Below the pieces are notes generated by a model. It saw only the letters and a program-made list of their open reading frames with translations, was not told the origin of the DNA and did not search any database. A stretch of 60,508 bases of DNA, from sequence record DRR378314_2501; one strand, given 5' to 3'. The translations under genes were made by a program, and so were the position numbers. Shown piece after piece: positions 57,413-60,508 of this stretch. Positions within the stretch are counted from its first letter, which is position 1; every line of letters begins with the position of its first letter.

Positions 57413-58762
57413 ATGAAACGGACATTGATGACGGCCGCGGGCGTCATGGCGCTGATGGCGGGAACGTCCAGCGCGCAGGAGCTGATTTTTCCGGTCGGCG
57501 AAGGTGACTTCAATTGGGCGAGCTACGCCGAACTGGAAAAAATCGACCTCGACGGCGAACAGGTGACCGTGTTTGGCCCCTGGCTGGGTCCGGATCAGGC
57601 GCTGGTTGAAAACGTTCTGGCCTATTTCGGCGCCGCAACCGGTGCTGATGTGCGCTATGCTGGCTCTGACAGTTTCGAGCAGCAGATCGTGGTCGATGCC
57701 GAGGCCGGCTCCGCCCCCAATGTCGCAGTTTTCCCGCAGCCGGGTCTGGTCTCTGACATGGCCGGGCGCGGCTTCATCGCGCCATTGGGCGAAGACACGG
57801 CAACCTGGGTCGCGGACAACTACGCCGCAGGTCAGTCCTGGGTCGATCTGGGCACCTACTCCGGCCCCGATGGCAACGATGATCTGTATGGTTTGTTCTA
57901 CAAGGTCGACGTGAAATCGCTGGTCTGGTTCAACCCGGAGAACTTCGAGGATTTCGGCTATGAGATCCCCTCCTCGATGGAGGAGCTGAAGACGCTCACC
58001 GATCGGATGGTTGAGGATGGCAACACGCCATGGTGCATCGGCCTGGGCTCCGGCGGCGCAACCGGCTGGCCGGCGACCGATTGGGTCGAGGACATGATGC
58101 TGCGCACGCAGGAGCCGTCGGTCTATGACCAGTGGGTCGCCAACGAGATCGCGTTCGACGATCCGCGTGTGGTCGAGGCGATCGAGGAATTTGGCTACTT
58201 CGCCCGCAACGAGGACTATGTCTCCGGCGGCGCCGGAGCCGTGGCCTCCACCGATTTCCGCGACAGCCCCAAGGGACTGTTTGCCAGCCCGCCGCAGTGC
58301 ATGATGCACCGCCAGGCCTCTTTCATTCCGGCGTTCTTCCCCGAAGGCACCGAAATGGGTCTGGACGCGGATTTCTTCTACTTCCCTGCCTATGAGGGCA
58401 AAGAGCTGGGCAACCCGGTTCTGGGTGCGGGCACCATCTGGTCGATCACCAACGACAGCGATGGCGCGCGGGCACTGATGGAGTTCCTGAAATCCCCCAT
58501 CGCGCATGAGGTCTGGATGGCCCAGCAGGGGTTCCTGACACCCCACAAGGGCGTGAACACCGATCTCTACGCCACCGACACGCTGAAGAAGATGGGCGAG
58601 ATCCTTCTGAACGCCGACACTTTCCGCTTTGACGCCTCCGACCTGATGCCAGGTGGCGTGGGCGCAGGGGCCTTCTGGACCGGCATGGTCGACTATGCCG
58701 GTGGCGCTGCCGCGTCGGACGTGGCTGCAGAGATCCAATCCTCCTGGGACGCGCTGAAGTAA
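57413..58762 (+). CDS. aglE: Sugar (alpha-glucoside-type) ABC transporter substrate-binding protein, AglE-like
   Basis: GGAGGAG RBS, signal peptide, FPQPG, KSLVW, PWCIG..SG.ATGWP.TDW.ED, CMMH.QASF, RFDASDLMP..VG. Confidence 0.85.
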   Translation: MKRTLMTAAGVMALMAGTSSAQELIFPVGEGDFNWASYAELEKIDLDGEQVTVFGPWLGPDQALVENVLAYFGAATGADVRYAGSDSFEQQIVVDAEAGSAPNVAVFPQPGLVSDMAGRGFIAPLGEDTATWVADNYAAGQSWVDLGTYSGPDGNDDLYGLFYKVDVKSLVWFNPENFEDFGYEIPSSMEELKTLTDRMVEDGNTPWCIGLGSGGATGWPATDWVEDMMLRTQEPSVYDQWVANEIAFDDPRVVEAIEEFGYFARNEDYVSGGAGAVASTDFRDSPKGLFASPPQCMMHRQASFIPAFFPEGTEMGLDADFFYFPAYEGKELGNPVLGAGTIWSITNDSDGARALMEFLKSPIAHEVWMAQQGFLTPHKGVNTDLYATDTLKKMGEILLNADTFRFDASDLMPGGVGAGAFWTGMVDYAGGAAASDVAAEIQSSWDALK

Positions 58763-58777
58763 CCTGTCGCCTCCACC

Positions 58778-58802
58778 GCAGGGCCGCCCCGCGCGGCCCT
58801 GC
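58778..58802 (+). promoter_or_regulatory. Intercistronic stem-loop after the substrate-binding protein gene
   Basis: GCAGGGCCGC-CCCGC-GCGGCCCTGC, perfect 10-bp stem. Confidence 0.6.
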
Positions 58803-58880
58803 CCCCCCCTTTGCCGCTAAGCGGTGCTGCACAGGCTGCACGTCACCTTCCGGCATCCAACTCTTTTTCAGGAGCCAGTC

Positions 58881-59888
58881 ATGCATCCAGCCATTCAGGG
58901 GCTGCTGACCATCGCCTTTGGCGTCGGGGGCTGTGTCGGCTATTTCTATCTCTCCAACGTGATCCTCGACAAGCTGATCTTTCCCGCCCGCGGCCCGCAC
59001 ATCGCCCGCAACATCCGCCGTGCCAATATGGTGCGTCCCTGGCTCTTTCTGCTGCCGGCGCTGTTGGCGCTGGGGCTGTATCTTGCCTATCCGGTTGTGG
59101 AGACCATGCGCCTGTCGCTGACCGAGCGTCTGCCCGGTGGTGGCTCGGAATTCGTCGGACTGGACAACTACAACCAGATGCTGGGCGAGGCCAAGTTCTG
59201 GGAAGCCTTGCAGAACAACTTCCTCTGGCTTCTGGTGGTGCCTGCGGTCTCGACCGCCTTTGGCCTTCTGGCGGCCCAGCTGACGGACCGGCTGGCCTGG
59301 GGCAATATCGCCAAATCGCTGATCTTCATGCCGATGGCGATTTCTTTTGTCGGCGCTGCGGTGATCTGGAAACTGGTCTATGACGCCCGCCCACCGGGCA
59401 CCGAGCAGATCGGCATCCTGAACGCGATCTATGTCTGGCTGGGCGGCGTGGAGCCGCAGCAATGGCTGACCATCCCGTTCTGGAACAACTTCTTTCTGAT
59501 GATGGTGCTGGTGTGGATCCAAACCGGCTTTGCCATGGTAATTCTGTCCGCCGCCCTGCGTGGCATTCCGGAAGAAACCATCGAGGCCGCCATCGTGGAC
59601 GGTGCCGGGCCGTTCCAGATCTTCTTCAAGATCAAGGTGCCGCAGATCATGGGCACCATCGTGGTGGTATGGACCACCATCACCATCGTGGTGCTGAAGA
59701 TCTTCGACATCGTGTTCGCCCTGACCAACGGCCAGTGGGAGACGCAGGTTCTGGCCAATTACATGTACGACAAGCTGTTCCGCGCCAATGACTGGGGCGT
59801 CGGCTCCGCCTCGGCAATGATCATCATGCTGCTGGTGATGCCGATCCTGGTCTGGAACGTCTACAACGCACGCCGCGAAATGCGCTGA
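58881..59888 (+). CDS. aglF: Sugar ABC transporter permease, AglF-like
   Basis: FVGL.NY, KSLIF.PMAISFVGA..IW, W.QTGFAMV..SAA..GIP....EAA..DGA. Confidence 0.87.
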   Translation: MHPAIQGLLTIAFGVGGCVGYFYLSNVILDKLIFPARGPHIARNIRRANMVRPWLFLLPALLALGLYLAYPVVETMRLSLTERLPGGGSEFVGLDNYNQMLGEAKFWEALQNNFLWLLVVPAVSTAFGLLAAQLTDRLAWGNIAKSLIFMPMAISFVGAAVIWKLVYDARPPGTEQIGILNAIYVWLGGVEPQQWLTIPFWNNFFLMMVLVWIQTGFAMVILSAALRGIPEETIEAAIVDGAGPFQIFFKIKVPQIMGTIVVVWTTITIVVLKIFDIVFALTNGQWETQVLANYMYDKLFRANDWGVGSASAMIIMLLVMPILVWNVYNARREMR

Positions 59889-59902
59889 GGGAGGGCTGAG
59901 CC

Positions 59903-60508
59903 ATGAATGCCATAGCTGGACAGAAGCCTGGGCTGATCTGGGCGCTTCGTATCTCGGTCATCGTGCTGGTGGGGCTGTGGCTCTTCCCGACGGTTGGCCT
60001 GTTTATCTCCTCCTTCCGCACCGGCGACCAGATCGCCACCTCGGGCTGGTGGAAGGCGCTGTTCCCGACCGAACAGAACCTCACCCTGCGCACGGCCGCC
60101 CCGGAAACGCAGGTGCCGGAGGGGGACCTCTGGGTGATCGAGGGCAACCTGTTTGAAGGTGAGAGCGACGCTGAAATTTCCGCCTGGGGCACCAACGCCC
60201 GTGACATCTCTGCCTATGGGCCCGGTGACATGGCCGAGCTGCGCGGCGGCGAGCGACTGACGGTCGAGGCCGACGGCAGCTACCGGATGGAAGCGACAGA
60301 GGAGATGGGCGGACGCCGTGGCCCGCGTGTCTTTGTCACCGCTGTGGTACCACCGGAGTTCACGCTGCAGAACTACGAGACCATCCTGATCTCGGGCGGT
60401 GCCACCGACAATATGGCACGCGCCTTTTTCAACACGCTGACGGTGACGATCCCGGCGACCATCATCCCCATTCTGGTGGCCGCCTTTGCCGCCTATGCGC
60501 TGGCATGG
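59903..60508 (+). CDS. aglG: Sugar ABC transporter permease, AglG-like (runs off the window end)
   Basis: ATG 59903 after GGAGGG; LW..PT.GL.ISSFR..DQI..SGWW, FTL.NY, F.NTL.VTIP..I.PI..A.FAAYAL.W. Confidence 0.85.
   Translation, partial: MNAIAGQKPGLIWALRISVIVLVGLWLFPTVGLFISSFRTGDQIATSGWWKALFPTEQNLTLRTAAPETQVPEGDLWVIEGNLFEGESDAEISAWGTNARDISAYGPGDMAELRGGERLTVEADGSYRMEATEEMGGRRGPRVFVTAVVPPEFTLQNYETILISGGATDNMARAFFNTLTVTIPATIIPILVAAFAAYALAW

Noticed and set aside
54753-59522. Long ORFs 54753..56183(+), 57245..58738(-) and 58446..59522(-)
   Set aside because: Antisense shadows of high-GC3 genes (bglA, aglE, aglF) with no motifs of their own

Overview
Alphaproteobacterial DNA, most consistent with the Roseobacter group (Rhodobacteraceae), in four blocks. 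(1) About 0.2-41 kb is a type VI secretion system (T6SS) island: tssA-B-C-hcp-tagJ-tssE-F-G-clpV ... vgrG-tagH-tssK-L-M-tagF-pppA and a convergent ppkA. It lacks a recognisable tssJ, intact PAAR gene or toxin-immunity pair. It carries unusual cargo: a complete NaChBac-type voltage-gated sodium channel gene (filter TLESWSM) inside the core gene run, overlapping a 1357-aa TssB / acidic repeat linker / TssB-like / TssC-like sheath fusion. Both flanks encode envelope modules: two exported caspase-family proteases (one with a CxxCH motif), OmpA-like proteins, an M15 peptidase, and an ExbB-ExbD-ExbD motor whose TonB-position partner ends in a DUF4384-like domain resembling the periplasmic part of PpkA. 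(2) 41-48.5 kb is a chemotaxis cluster with no chemoreceptor gene. (3) 48.8-53.3 kb holds modABC and bioMNY. (4) A dif-like XerCD site at 53349-53376 has an internally deleted IS1202-family element inserted 5 bp away, then IS481 debris, then a GC-richer glucoside locus (GH1 beta-glucosidase, LacI regulator, aglE-F-G-like ABC transporter, cut by the window end). All family assignments come from motif recognition by eye; no database searches were run.
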